Assembly (NCBI GenBank): GCA_964016885.1 | Contig: OZ024740.1 | Span: 98,518,001 to 98,582,000, forward strand | Direction of reading: 5' to 3' | DNA from: Eledone cirrhosa | Taxonomy: Eukaryota | Length of the DNA: 64,000 nt | Part shown: positions 1-13,376 of the stretch, piece after piece | Layout of the letters: the number at the start of each line of letters is the position of its first letter | How positions within the stretch are numbered: the first letter of the stretch is position 1 | Translations under genes and position numbers: made by a program | Notes under the pieces: model-generated | The model's input: the letters and a program-made list of their open reading frames with translations, nothing else | The model's database searches: none | Told to the model about the DNA's origin: nothing

Positions 1-600
1 TAACTGTAGGGTTGAGGATTGGTTTGGGTATATTTGGTCCAGTGAGAATGCGTTTTAGTGATTTGGGTTGTCTTTTACTTTTAAGGATCTTGTGTGTTTC
101 AAGAATAGACTTCATTTTTACATCTTTAAGTAGGATGCGGAGGTTTTTGTGTAGGTGATCAAACATTTCGGTATTTCTGGGGTTGAAAGTGGGTACATAT
201 GGCAGGGTGTTGAGTGTGGTTTTCTGTTTTGGATTGTTAAGTTGATGGGGATTTAGGTGTTTTGCCCTGTCTATTCGATTGTTGATTATTTCAAGTGGAA
301 AGGCTCTTAAGATAAGGGTGTCTTTTAGTTCCTTTAGTCTTTGCTCCCGTTTAGGTGGATCTGATACTATGGTACATATACGTTTGGCCAAATTGTAAGG
401 AGTGTTAAGTTTTGTATGTTTTGGGTGACTTGATGTGAAAAAGAGGTATTGCTTGGAATCTGTGGGTTTATAGAATATATCTGTATCTAATTTCCCTTCT
501 ATTACAGAGATGAGAATATCCAAGAAGGCTAATTCCTTGGGATTGGATTCCATTGAGAATTGTATGTTATTATCTATGTTGTTTATCATGTTTTTAAACA
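1..600 (-). mobile_element. Penelope-like element, RT C-terminal/thumb and linker region (open frame running off the window edge)
   Basis: Manual minus-strand translation gives FKNMINNIDNNIQFSMESNPKELAFLDILI...TDIFYKPTDSKQYLFFTSSHPKHTKLNTPYNLAKRICTIVSD...LPYVPTFNP...KRQPKSLKRIL. This matches the PLE RT motifs IxFTxE, LxFLD, YxKPT and YLxxxSxHP. It is absent from the ORF track, probably because it has no stop in the window. Confidence 0.85.
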
Positions 601-1052
601 TAGGTGTAAGTGCACTAAATCCCTTTCTATCATCTCCCCTCTCCTACCGACCACAGGGAGATATATGTATGTATATTGCTTCCACCTCCTCACTGACCAG
701 CAGCTGGCCATTGCTAAATCTGACCTTTATAAAATAACCCACTCCCCCAAACAACTCCTCATTCACTACCAGAAAGGCACACAGCAGTCAACTTGCTGCT
801 ACCAAGATGAAAACTACTATTAAATCCCACACTGAATTTTATACTTGAATTTTCAAATCTCAAATTTTAACTCTTCTTATTATTAATTTTCTTAATATTA
901 ATCAACATTTGAAAAGATGGCTTTTGCAGACCCATTGAAACCGGTCATTTTTTATACCCTTTATTATTTCCTTACCTTATAAAATTATATTTTTTTTCAC
1001 AAAAAAGTATTCTGTCTCTTATATATTCCATGTGCCATTACCAACCTCAATG

Positions 1053-1055
<3 letters not shown>
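601..1055 (+). mobile_element. Probable inverted pseudo-LTR of the Penelope-like element
   Basis: Non-coding segment joined to the 5'-truncated PLE ORF in opposite orientation and ending at (TA)n. It contains a hammerhead-like motif at 904-951. An inverted pLTR at the truncation junction is typical of PLEs. Confidence 0.5.
904..951 (+). ncRNA. Candidate minimal type I hammerhead ribozyme (U3-A8 core), stem I partly degenerate
   Basis: AACAT-TTGAAAA-GATGG..CCATT-GAA-ACCGGT-C-ATTTT: core 909-915, stem II 916-920/932-936, palindromic stem III ACCGGT, GUC triplet. Confidence 0.5.
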
Positions 1056-1111
<56 letters not shown>

Positions 1112-1974
1112 TATATATATATATATATATGCATATATATATATATATATATACATATATATGCATATATATATACATATATATGAATATATATATGCAT
1201 ATATGAGTGCATGTATGTGTGTGTAGTTATAGTCTCACAATCACAAGTGTATATACATACATGAGAAAATATATACTTCCACCAAAACAAACAAACTATA
1301 TATAAATAACTAAATAACCAAAGATGGTTGTATTTATTTTTGTTTACAAACAAAATAATATACATTTTACTATCAGAAATGTAAGAAAATGTTGATTGAT
1401 TTTTGTAAAATACACTCTTTATCTTCATTTTTATATTTTCAATTTTTTTTCTTTGTTTTTTTTTATTTTCTTGTTGACGTATTGTGCAATGCTTACTTTC
1501 AAAATACGATAACATTTCAAGCAATTCACAATGACAAAGCTGACTAAAGTATCAATTATTACTATTATTATTATTATTATTGCACTTTTATTGTTATTGA
1601 TTTCCTCCCTTGTAGTCTTTTTAATTGTTTGCTTTCACTGTATTTCTGAGCATATCTCCGTATGTGAAATGTTTCTCCATTTATTTATATTGCAAGTATT
1701 CTGCATAACGTCTTCAAGTCATATTTTTTGTATGTTGTGAATGTGGAAATCCTGCAAGGTTTTTTAATTACTTCAAAATCTTCTATTTTAATATAATTTG
1801 TCTCTGTTTTCAGTCCTGTTGTTCGTGTTATCTCTTTGGCCAGATGTTTATATTTGGATAATTTCACTATTTCTATAGAAGATATTTTATCATATCTTTG
1901 ATCTGATACTTCAATGAGGGATATTCATTTTCCTGATGGATCTTGACAATAATATCTTGTTGTTATTGTACTTC

Positions 1975-2092
1975 AGGCCACAACAAAGGAATTTAACATT
2001 AGCTGTCCATGGGAGCTCTTGTATGCTGATGATTAACTCCTTATAACTTAATCTGTGGAAGAGTTAAAATTTACATGCCAGATAAATTCCAG
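1975..2092 (+). mobile_element. Old RTE RT fragment split by the younger RTE at 2094-3885 (resumes at about 3886-4190)
   Basis: Encodes CPWELLYADD..KFQ before the insertion and LESNDLKLNLEK after it. Confidence 0.65.
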
Positions 2093-2093
2093 A

Positions 2094-3885
2094 ATCATCA
2101 TCATCATCATCATCATCATCATTTAACGTCCATTTTCCACGCTAGCATGGGTCTGGACGGGAATTGTCCCAGTTGAGGCAAGATTGGTTGTCTTGCTCAG
2201 GACTGTCTGGCGGGTTTTCTACGGCTGGATGCCATTCCTAACACCAACCACGTTTACAGTGTGGACTGGGAGGTTTTTACCGTGTTACCTACACGGCCAC
2301 ATTACAGCGTGGACTGTGTGTTTTTTTGTCGTGACACCTACAAGACCTAATTTGTTTCGGACTGAATGTTGTGGTACCAACATAACTTCACATTTTAGGA
2401 GGTGGTGTGGATGGGGTGGGAGTAGTGGGACGGGGTGTATTTTGTTAGAGCTACCTACTGACTGTAGGTTTCGCTTTGTACTTAGGCAAGGCGGGTCTTC
2501 TGTATAGCGCCAAAGATCTCGGTCCAGTAACATTGTCTTGGAGAGGTGTAAGTGTGTGAGGTCGGAATTTATCAAGTCGTCCCAGGTTTTTCTGGGTCTG
2601 CCTACTCTGTGGCTACCGTCTATTTTTATTGCCCTGCACTTTTTTATACAGCTGTCGTCTTTCATGCGCATCACGTGACCGTACCAACGTAGTCTTCTCT
2701 CGAGTAAACAACATTTGATCCCTCTTACACCTCCTTACTCTTACACATCCAGCGGAGCATGCAAGCTTAGTTTCTCTCCAGTCTGCGTATATCCTCTGCA
2801 CACAATGCCCAGGTCTCACTGCCATGTAACATTGCTGTTCGTATGCAGGCATCATACAGCCTGCCTTTCATTTTAGAGAGAACCCTTTAGCCGCAAATAG
2901 CTCTCTGAACTTTTTCCATCCCGTTATGACTCTAGGTACTGTACTTTCAGAGCACCCTCCCCCACTGCTGATTTTGTCACCCAGGTAACGGAAGCTGTCC
3001 ACTATTTCTATAGAACCATCTGTGCAACGGAATGAGCTAGTATTCGGTGGGCACTTGCTGCTAATTATTGCACCAGAGCACCGGCCACATATAAAATTTA
3101 TATTCTTAGTTAGCTTACCTGTGATCCCACTACATCTTTTATGCACCCATACTTTGCATTTGGGACATAAAATGGAGTTTCTGCCTACTCCTTTCCTACA
3201 CACTGAGCATGGCCATTTCCCAGATGGGACCGGTGCCCTATTTTCCTTCCTACAAACTAGAACTTTAGTCTTAGACAAGTTAAATTTAAGGCCTTTTGAT
3301 TCTAGGCCATGCTTCCATGTTTGGAATTTCTTCTCTAGTTCAGCCATTGATTCAGTTATGAGCGTTAGATCATCTGCATATAGCAGTTCCCATGTGCAGC
3401 CGGTCTTGAACTCCTCTGTTATAGCCTGAAGGGCAATAATAAATAGTAGGGGGCTAAGGAAGGAGACCTGATGAACACCAACTTTTACGCTAAACTCTTC
3501 ACTATATTCGTTGTTAATTCTAACCTTGCTGACTGTTTCTTTATACATGGCTTGTATAGCTCTCACAAGCCATTCATCAACCCCTAGCTTTCTAAGGGCC
3601 CACCAGATAATCGAGCGGGGTACTCTGTCAAAGGCTTTCTCCAAGTCAACAAAGGCTAAGTATAGGGGTTTACTTTTAGCTAGGTACTTCTCCTGTAGTT
3701 GTCGTACAATGAAGAGAGCGTCTGTTGTACTTTTACCTGACACAAACCCAAACTGCATTTCGTCTAGATCAATTCGCTCTCTGATTAGTTGCGCTATTAC
3801 TTTTTCTGTGACCTTCATGACCTGGTCAATTAATTTAATGCCTCTATAGTTTCCCCTATTTAGGGCATCTCCTTTACCCTTGTAG
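2094..3885 (-). mobile_element. 5'-truncated RTE-clade LINE (RT, PHD-like finger, 3'UTR, (TGA)n tail)
   Basis: ORFs 2868-3818 and 2285-2674: QFGF, DLEKAFDRV, GVHQ-S-LSPLLF, LLYADD, RLRWYGHVMRM, GRPRKTW. (CAT)n tail at 2094-2121 on the + strand. Confidence 0.95.
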
Positions 3886-5055
3886 ATACTAATCTAGAAT
3901 CAAATGACTTAAAGTTAAACTTAGAGAAAGACCGAAGCCATAATAAGCAGGAAAGAAGACAAGACTCTGATACCATCAAGGAAATGGTCTTGTTCTCTCT
4001 GTTGAAAAGGAGTGAAGAGAAACTACATAATTTACATATAGCATAATCCATGGGCTCACTAGATATGTGGGGAGATTACTGGCAAGCTAACAGAAAAGAA
4101 GGAGTTTGTGTTTGGAAGGAGTAAAGAAGAAATAAATACTAAGAGCATGTGCAAAATATATTCCTTAACTGCTTGAGAGGGTGCCAAGAATTTGTGGGCA
4201 ACTCTGTTACCTAGATGACTTTATCAACAGAGGGGAGGCAATTGCTCTGAAAATTATTAGTCAGAGCAGAAACAGGATGGAAATAGTCCAGGGAGCTAGT
4301 ACCACTTCTAAAAAAAGACTGCTTTCTTGACTGTAGTATGCACTTTGAAACGAGCAAATGGGAAAATGACTTGCCTCTTTTTTTCCAAATCAGAGAGGGT
4401 ATCATCCTTCATGAAGAAGTTACAGGAAGCCCTGTCTAATTTATTGCATGATGTTTGCATCAATGTCTGGAGGAAAACCCATGAATGTTTGTCTAGTCTT
4501 TAAAACCATGATAAGGTCAGGCATTAAGTAAAGCTGATGACTCATATATCTACATGAAGCTGGTGCTATACTATGTAGGGAGATGAAAGACAAATAGTTT
4601 TCACATTAACATTTTGATTAATTGTTACATTTTCAGCAGTGGGTATGGAGGTGATAAAAAAATAACATGAGTTTGTCTAGTGTTTATATGGACATACTAG
4701 TACTGATGACCACAAAGACCACAAAGCTATTCTAGAACTATACTCTATTGTGGCAAAATGGATAAAAACAGCAATCAGATTGGTAGAGCAAGGCAAAAAG
4801 CCCAGTTGCTCTACATGTAGCAGTAAGCGCTTTCTACCCAGTGGAGTTGGAAAAGCTGAATAAGAGGTGGTTCGTAGAAGCAATATTTGGCGTGAGTTGT
4901 GTGTGAATGGGGATGGAAAATATGGACGTATTTTATTTTTAATTTTTACATGTTGTTTATTGGGTTGGGTGAATGTTTTAGATGTATGTCCTTGTACAAG
5001 TGTGTGTTAATGCATGTGTATGAAGGTAAGCAGAAAGGGATAGTGATTATGCATG

Positions 5056-5088
<33 letters not shown>

Positions 5089-5929
5089 TGTATTTGTGCA
5101 TCTATGTGTGAGTATAGCGTATAATGTATGTGAAATTTGATGGGACTGGTGGGTGTGATTTATGAAACAGTAGAAATATGGGAAAATAAAATCGGCCTCT
5201 CTTGCCTTTTTCTTATTTACAAGGAGTTCTGATGCAAACCAGATTTCCAAATATTTGACTTGATTTTCACTCCAATGACAAAATGTTACTTGGCAAATAC
5301 TCACAATTTTTAAGTGCGAACTGCTAGTGAACTAATTTAATCTACTTAATCAAAGCCCATAATTATAATTTATATATCTATTGTTGGTTTGGCCCTAGGG
5401 TTTGACACTATGACAGTCACATCAATTACCCCTGTCTCTGAGACCCCTAAGAATCGTCATAAGTCCCTTCTTCCTATGTAAAAAGAAAAAACAAAAAAAT
5501 GTAGAGCGAGAAAGAAACAGTTATCCAGATTGACTCTATTGACAAGGGGAATGCATGGTGTGAATTTTATGTATAAAATGGGCAAGAAAATGAGTGTATA
5601 AAACTCTGCATTCTTAGAAAAATATATGCCAGTGCATGACTTATATATTGAAAGAGTAATCACAGAGGTCATTCAAACCAATGAATAGATTGTGAAATTA
5701 GTTGGCCAGGTGGGTGGTATAGCCCAAAGGTTTAAGTGCTACATGTGTAGGAAAAGCACTTCAAGGCTTTCTGTTTGGTAAAAGAAAATGTTACAGAGAT
5801 AAAAAAAAAGAAGGGTATTGAATGGGAAACTGCTCAATGGCTTCAGATTATTTCATTTAGCAAAACTGGGTCTTCTGACCCACACCCACAGGTGTGTCTC
5901 CTAACTGATTAAACCCTTCCTTTCCTCAG

Positions 5930-6120
5930 CACAGGTTGTCTGAGTTAGCTGTTATTTAGAAGAGAGGCTTTTCTGACCCCAGATGGGAGATCGGTTGTCT
6001 TAGATATGAGTAACTGTCAAGTTGGTGACCTGAGGCTGGTGGCTATCTATGATCTAATAGGTAATAAACAGCCTGTTTTCTTCATCTGAAGATTTTTCTG
6101 GGTATGTGGGTATGTCTTGC
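5930..6120 (+). mobile_element. Degraded L1/Tx1-like AP-endonuclease remnant
   Basis: PDGRSVVLDMSNCQVGDLRLVAIYDLIGNKQPVFF resembles the DxxGR..LxxVYAP..FF segment of APE endonucleases. Confidence 0.5.
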
Positions 6121-6122
6121 TC

Positions 6123-6297
6123 ATCGGTAGAGGGTCGGACACCATGCTTTGATGCATAGAGTTACGGCCCTTGCCATTCTGAGTTCAAATCCTGCCGAGG
6201 TTAACTTTGCCTTTCAGCCTTATGGGGTTGATCAAATAAAGTATCAGTAATACACTGGGTAATTGCTGGCCTTGTGCCAAAAGTAGAAACAATTATT
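6123..6297 (+). mobile_element. tRNA-derived cephalopod SINE, family A (OK/OR-like)
   Basis: B-box GAGTTCAAATCC, body GAGGTTAACTTTGCCTTTCA..GGGGTTGAT..AAATAAAGTA, end TTGCTGGCCTTGTGCCAAAAGTAGAAACAATTATT. Many copies in the window. Confidence 0.85.
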
Positions 6298-6809
6298 TGT
6301 CAACTAGAATTTTATTTAGATGTAAGCCATGATTGGAAGAATTTAGTACTTATGTTGCAGCAGAATTTTAAATCTGCTCAGACATTTCAAGTTGTATGAC
6401 ATGTATTGAATACATCAATGTGGGCTTGGATAAATTGCAGCAAATTATATTTAAAGTATTTGTTAGAATATTTGATAGTGGTAGAATAAGGTCACAATTT
6501 TGTATGATTCACTATACAAACTGAAAGTTTGAGATCCATACAATTAATATAGATAAGTTACTGGATGCTGAACATATAGATTACAACATAGGAAAATACA
6601 GAAGCCCAATTAGTTAAGTGAAAGTGCAATGATAATTGACAGATAGTGGGTGGGCTTCGAAAAAAAATCTTATAGTAGGGTGGAAAGATATAGGAAAGAA
6701 TTAGCAGTTACTACTGAAATTTGAAAAGATTTGATCAGTAATTTCCCAACTCCTTATTTCCCCAGCCCTAAAATTGCTGGCCTTGTGCCTATATCAGAAA
6801 CCATTTTAA

Positions 6810-7006
6810 GGGCAGTGGATTGGTAGTATCAGTAGAGGGTCGGACGCCATGCTTTCTAGCATAGAGTTACGTCCCTTTACGGACTGAGTTCAAATCCCTC
6901 CAAGGTTAACTTTGCCTTTCATCCTTACGGGGTCGATAAAATAAAGTACCAGTAATCTACTGGGTAAATGCTGGCCTTGTGCCAAAAGTAGAAACAATTA
7001 TTATTA
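6810..7006 (+). mobile_element. SINE family A, near full length
   Basis: A-box-like GGCAGTGGATTGGTAG, B-box GAGTTCAAATCC, same body and (ATT)n tail as the other copies. Confidence 0.85.
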
Positions 7007-7031
7007 TCATTATTCATTTGTTGTTGTTTTT

Positions 7032-7200
7032 AGTAGTAGTAGTAATAGTGGTGGTGGTGGTGGTGGTAGTAGTAGTGGTTGTGGTGGTGGTGGTGGTGGT
7101 GGTGGTGGTGGTGGTGGTGGTGGTGGTGGTGGTGGTGGTGGTAGTAGTAGTGGTGGTAGTAGTAGAAGTAAAAGTAATTGTAGTAGTAGTAGCAGTAGTA
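7032..7200. repeat. (GTA)n/(GGT)n trinucleotide microsatellite
   Basis: Directly visible; source of the poly-V and poly-P pseudo-ORFs. Confidence 0.95.
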
Positions 7201-7366
7201 AAATTAGTAGATTTAACACCATTATTAGTTTTATTTACAAAATAGCCACTTCATCTTTTCACTAAGCATTTTATATTATCCAGGCTAAGCTAATTAAAAT
7301 TGACCAGTAGTATGTAATGTCATTTCAGCCAGGTTCTGAATAGGAAATGATTGATTTTTGTCTACC

Positions 7367-7457
7367 AATCCCACCGAGATTAACTTTGCCTTTCATCCTT
7401 ATGGGGTTGATAAAATAAAGTACCAGTAATGTACTTGATAATTGCTGGCCTTGTGCC
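7367..7457 (+). mobile_element. SINE family A, 3' half
   Basis: Same body and tail as 6810-7006. Confidence 0.8.
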
Positions 7458-8034
7458 TAAAGTAGAAACAATTATTAGTTTTATTTTTAGCATCATCATT
7501 GACACCATTACCACCGCCATTTATTTTCACAGTAGAATTCATTCTCTTCTTCTTTCAATTGTTTCATCTTCTATCTATGTCTATGTTTCTGTCTCTGTCA
7601 TTTCCTCCATCATCTTTTTCTTCTTCAAAAGATGCTGCCATTGCTGCTGCCATATAGATATTTGGATTCATTCATTTGGTCAGTGAATTCAAACACACAA
7701 CAATCGGATTTGTGTTTAGTGAATGCCATGCACAAACAATTTCGAAGCCCAGAGCAACATTACTGTCATTCTGCCGATCAGATGGTTTATGTAAGCAGGT
7801 TTTTACTCCTATTAGATTTCAGTCTTGATATGGCAGCCGAGTGAATCACTATTCTAAAAGTCAACTCCTATGAAAGCTCTTTCACAGATCAATATATTTC
7901 AAGTATCGTGTTTTCGTTTTCTTCTATATCCTTTAAATATTAATTTGTGTTTTTTTATGTGTTCGATATTTTTGTTTTGTTGTATATTTTTCTTCTTACC
8001 CCCTCTCTCAATCTCCCTAGCATATATATACATT

Positions 8035-8066
<32 letters not shown>

Positions 8067-8185
8067 GGTGTGTGTGTGTATGCATATATTTATATATATT
8101 ATATATATATATTTCTTTACATCACAGAAATATTTTTATTTTTTTCAAGGTAAGATGAAAAAGACTTCGATTTTTGTTGTCGCTG

Positions 8186-8248
<63 letters not shown>

Positions 8249-8782
8249 AATACATGCATACATGCATACATTAAAGGTTAAAAATATATCCAAGTGATAG
8301 AAATAGGTAAAAATATATGTATACATAGAAAATAATAAAGATTGTTTTTTACATTTACTTTGCTTTTGTTTTAGTTTTGTACTTTTATTAGATGTGTTGG
8401 AATCTTCAAAAGTAAAAATTGCCAATGAATTGGACAAAAAAATATAAAAAGCATTGCTATAAATATTACACACAGACATTGCTGATCTAACTATAAGCAA
8501 TTGTGGATATTTCTGATATCTATCTAAGCTAGGTCCATTCAAGAGAGGAATCCTGTTATAGAGAGAAACAACAATTATATAAGAAAATAAGACAGCAGAG
8601 CAGAAAAAGAAAAAAATAGTGTTTTGAGGGCATGAGCTCTTGGACTGACACTACTAAAATATTTGTGTATATATTGATGGAAAAGTTCAGAATAGTTTGA
8701 TGGTACATTTCAGTGTGAACTATTATTATTGTATGTTGTGGTATTGTCGTTATTCTGTAAATAACACAAAGAATGTGTGAAA

Positions 8783-8822
<40 letters not shown>

Positions 8823-9779
8823 ATATATATATATATATAAAACAGGCTTTGGAAACATTAAATAAATATCAATTGTTTGATAGGCATAAACTGGAAATCA
8901 TGTGTAGCTGGTAAAAAAATAGCAATGCAGCATCACAATGTAATAAATAAGTGTTTGTTTGTGTATTTATGGATGTGTGTTAGTATGTATGCATGTGCAT
9001 ATGATTGCTTTTACATATGTTTTCCAATGTTAGCATGGGTTGAACAAGTCTTTTTGAGGTAGTATACTACAAATGGATACATATCCTGATGCCAACCTCT
9101 ATTTAAGTAATGTATTTATATATGTATGAATGAATGTATGCCTGCATGAATGTATGTATGCATGTGTGTATGCATGTATGCATGTTTGTATAAACAGTTG
9201 TTTCCGTTTACTTACATTTTGCAGTGAGGCTTTACCTATATTTACTTTTCCTACATTATATTTCAGATTGCTGAATTTAAGCAGCATTATGCATAATTAC
9301 TTAATTAATTACCACAGTAGCTAACAAATGCATGCTTTTCACAAATTGGACATTCTTGTTTAGCTAAATCGAGATTTGTGTTTGATAAAAAATAGCTATA
9401 TGCTTTCAATCTCTTTGTGGACAGAACATTTTTATATTTGTTCTCAGATGAATATCTCAATACTTATGGAAACAAACAGAACAATTGTAGCATTTTTTCA
9501 ATTATGGATAAACATAAACATTTGGTTACATCGTTTATATATTGCAACAAGTCATATCATTTAAACCTTGTAATTATACTTGCATTAAGCACAAAAGTTC
9601 ACCAGTCCAATTCCTGCTGATGACAATTTTGTATATTATCCTTTCCGTGGCCAAAAATATGGTATGTGTCTAAGATGGGGGACTATAAAATTGTAAGTCA
9701 GGCAATATTCCTTACAGAAATTGTTCTAGCAGTTTACATTCTGTATGTAAATCCTATTGTCGCATTGGGTGATAGTCTT

Positions 9780-10680
9780 AATTAGTTACAGAGTTCAATA
9801 CCATCGTCTGGTTCTTGGCTGTCTTTGGGAAACACATTACAGTGTGTTCCATTTTCAAGAGTAATAATTTTTCAATACCTGCCAATTATCCTGTCACATT
9901 CAACTTCCAGTGTCTGAAAGCTGATGAAGTTAAACAGCAATGTCAGCATTGTGAATCATGTTCCTTTCTTAATACTACCAGTATGGCTATATTATACCCA
10001 GATCTAATAGACACCTACCCACCTTGGTCATCACAAGTTTGCTTTTGCCATTGATAAATTTGATGAAATCAGTGTTGATGCCCTTCAAACTAGCAAAGCT
10101 TTAGATATATCTAATATATAAATCACCTGTCAGAACTCCCCACTTATCGGCTCCATCTATCTTTGATCCCTGCAATTAGCAATTTTCTGTTTGAACTTCT
10201 AGTGTGGAATGTGCTGATGTAGCTTTCTCTACTCTACACTCTAACAATTCTAGTGTGTTCCAAGTTTCAGCTTGTATTCTAAACACTTCCTTCCATACAA
10301 CAATAGTATACTTGCTCTCATTTCTGACACTGCAAATAAATATGCACTGAAGCATCATCAACATGCATCTTAGACAACTCACACCAAATCTGCATTGTCT
10401 CTATGAACAAAGGTCTTGAAAACATTCTCTAATAGTCATGCTAATATTGTATCTTACAAAATTAAAAGATGTAATCACTTCATATACATGCAACATTTTT
10501 ACCAACCCATCCTAAACATAATTTCATCGAAGGTTAGTCCTCATCATCTCCGAGCATCTGTCCTGGCAAACTTACAATCTCAACATAGAAAAGATTGCAT
10601 CACAAAACAGGTTTTCCCTTCAAAGCTCAAAAATATTTCAGCCCCCAGCATTTACTAGCTTAACAAAGCTCAAATGAGAG
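9780..10680 (+). mobile_element. Highly degraded CR1/L2-like LINE RT remnant
   Basis: Relics of QYG..RS (CAGTATGGCT..AGATCTA) and SKAFD (AGCAAAGCTTTAGAT), with many stops and frameshifts. Confidence 0.4.
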
Positions 10681-10689
10681 AAACAGTGT

Positions 10690-10878
10690 AATAATTGTTT
10701 CTACATTTGGCACAAGGCCAGCAATTAATCAGTGCATTACTGGTACTTTATTTTATCGACCCCGTAAGGATGAAAAGCAAAGTTAACCTCAGCGGGATTT
10801 GAACTCAGAATGGCAAGGGCCGTAACTCAATGCGTCAAAGCATGGCGTCCGACCCTCTACCGATACTGCCAATCCACC
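10690..10878 (-). mobile_element. SINE family A
   Basis: Reverse complement of the 6123-6297 type sequence. Confidence 0.85.
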
Positions 10879-11873
10879 AATAATGTTCTAACATCTGAGA
10901 CATAGATTCCATTACAAACACAGACAACATAGATGGCATTCAAAGAAAGGCCATTTAATGTAAAGTACCTCATGAACAAAATCCAACCCCTTTGTCTTTG
11001 GCTAAATATATTGTTTCATTCTCTGCTTTTTTTAATGCAATTATCATAGCATCCATTCCATGGATCTAGTTAACCACACACTCAGGAACTTCTGACTTCC
11101 TTGTCTTTTTTCCTATTCTCATATCATGCCCTAAGGGTTAATGGGATGTACTCAAAATCGTAAGTTGCACCCTTGAGCAAGAAACTTCATTTCATATTAC
11201 TTCAGTTCACTCAGCTAAAAATGAGGTCTAGCAGTAGCTGGTGGCTAACCGTCCAACAAACTGGCATACTTCCAGGAATATAATATTAACAAAACTGAGA
11301 TGAGCACTGATATTGTAGGCCTCTAGATTCATGACAGGCATTAAGTTAATTTGACAGGTATGAAACAAATCCCTACTCTCAATTCTCCACAGAATGTTGC
11401 ACTATCCAGATTTGTTTCTCCACATATATTTCTCACCCTGCATCTGTCAACATGTAATACTTTAAGCACAATGTCAATGACTTCATTCTCACCAGTATCT
11501 GAATGTATGCAAAGGCTGTAGGGAAAGTGAATTCCTCCAGACCAAACTGGATCAATGCAAAAAAGAATACATATTTTTTCCCCTCTTATTTATTGTATTG
11601 TAATAAGAATGTCACATATACCAACAACGAAACATCAAATATTCATAGATACTTTCATAATTTTTCATGTGAAAAGCAAAAGAGTTTCTTCAGAATAAAG
11701 CGGTCTTTGATGTTTTAATACAAACATCTTTATTCCATTTGTCTTCATAAACATTCCTCTTTTGTGATACTCATAATTTTAATGCATATTATTACACATA
11801 AAGAATTGCTGCTTGTTGCTGCAATAACTGACTAGAATGTAAGCCAGAGGTCACAAATCTGTGTGTGTGTGTA

Positions 11874-11935
<62 letters not shown>

Positions 11936-12011
11936 GTGAGAGAGAATGAGAAATAGTGAGAGAGACAAAAAATCAATATATATAGATTCATTTGTGAGTC
12001 TTGTTATTCTG

Positions 12012-12193
12012 GAGTTTAAATATTCATTTATTATGGGTAAATAGTGAGTTTTGTTACTCTGGAGTTTAACCTCCTCACTCACAGGGTCATCAGACAAGTA
12101 CATGCTCTTGTCTGGTGACCAGGTGAGGGAGCTGGTGAAACTTCAGAGTAACAAGACTCACTATTTACCCATAATAAACGAATATTTAAACTC
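12012..12193. repeat. About 180-bp imperfect palindrome (foldback/MITE-like)
   Basis: The arm GAGTTTAAATATTCATTTATTATGGGTAAATAGTGAG..GGTCATCAGACAAG and its reverse complement meet at CATG 12101-12104. Confidence 0.85.
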
Positions 12194-12244
12194 TTCTTTG
12201 GTATTGAGTCCTCTTTTCTCTCATCTGTCAACTACTCATGAATA

Positions 12245-12860
12245 TATCATCATCATTATCGTTTCAAGTCCATTTTCCATACTAGCATGGGTTAGATGGA
12301 TTTGTCGCATTTGAGGCATGTTGGGTCGGGCGATCTTATCGAATGATAGGACTGCTTCTGACTGCTTTTCTACTGCTGGATGCCCTTGCTAACGACAACT
12401 AGATTTACAGTGTGTGCTGGGTGTTTTTGCCATGTCTCCTACACAACCACTTGAGAGTGTGGGCTGGGTGTTTTGTAATATCAACATAACTTTACAGAGT
12501 AAGGGTGGTGTGGGAGGAAGTGGGAGGGTTATGTGGTATTACTGCCTAATGCCAAAGGTCTTGATCCTGAATCATTGTTTTTGAGAGGTGCAAGTGTGCA
12601 AGGTCAGCTTTTATAACTTCATCCCAGGACTTTCTGGGTCTTCCTACTCTATAGCTTCCATCAATTTTGATCGCCCTGCACATTTTTATACATCAGTCAT
12701 CCTTTATACACATCACATGTCTATAGCAATGCTCTCTAATATACAGCATCTGATCCCTCTGATGCCTAATTTCTCATTTAGTTGTTTACGCTTTGCCAAG
12801 GTCACACTACCATGTAACATTGCTGTTCGTATACAAACATCATACTTATTTTTAGGGAGA
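12245..12860 (-). mobile_element. Degraded RTE 3' fragment
   Basis: CIRTAMLHGS..LNEKLGIRGIRCC (ORF 12713-12931) plus the 3'UTR motif GGATGCCCT and a (CAT)n tail. Confidence 0.8.
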
Positions 12861-12929
12861 AACATATATACGTACATATATATATATACATATACAAAGA
12901 AGGGGATACATATACATATATATCTATTC

Positions 12930-12971
<42 letters not shown>

Positions 12972-13294
12972 CATCATTATCATCATTGTCATCATTTTAA
13001 ATCTATTTTACATCATAGTAGGGATTGAGAGGTTTTCACAGACCAAAACCTTTAACTTGAGATATACACGAAGTACATGATATATTTTATTATATGGAAT
13101 TCGTACCTCAGAATCTTGTCAAAACTGAAGAGTTCTCTCAACCATTTTTGGCATGATTTCTACATCTAGAAGCCCTTCCTATCAACAACTAACTACCTTG
13201 CAGGGTCTGCTGGGTTCATTGTAGATTGTTGTTGTCTCATGTTGTCTCAAACCTTGTTCTCGTGGTTTCTTCAGATTGAAGACCTTTCTAACAT

Positions 13295-13338
<44 letters not shown>

Positions 13339-13376
13339 AGGTATACATATATATATACGAGGTATACATTATGTAT

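Noticed and set aside
997-1524. Many ORFs with YIYIYI, poly-V/P, poly-H/S/M or CVCV tracts throughout the window
   Set aside because: They are translations of (TA)n, (GGT)n, (CAT)n and (TG)n microsatellites.
8140-8156. Strong splice donors AAG/GTAAGA (8150) and AAG/GTAAGT (17015)
   Set aside because: No convincing coding frame or partner exon; such motifs are expected by chance in 64 kb.
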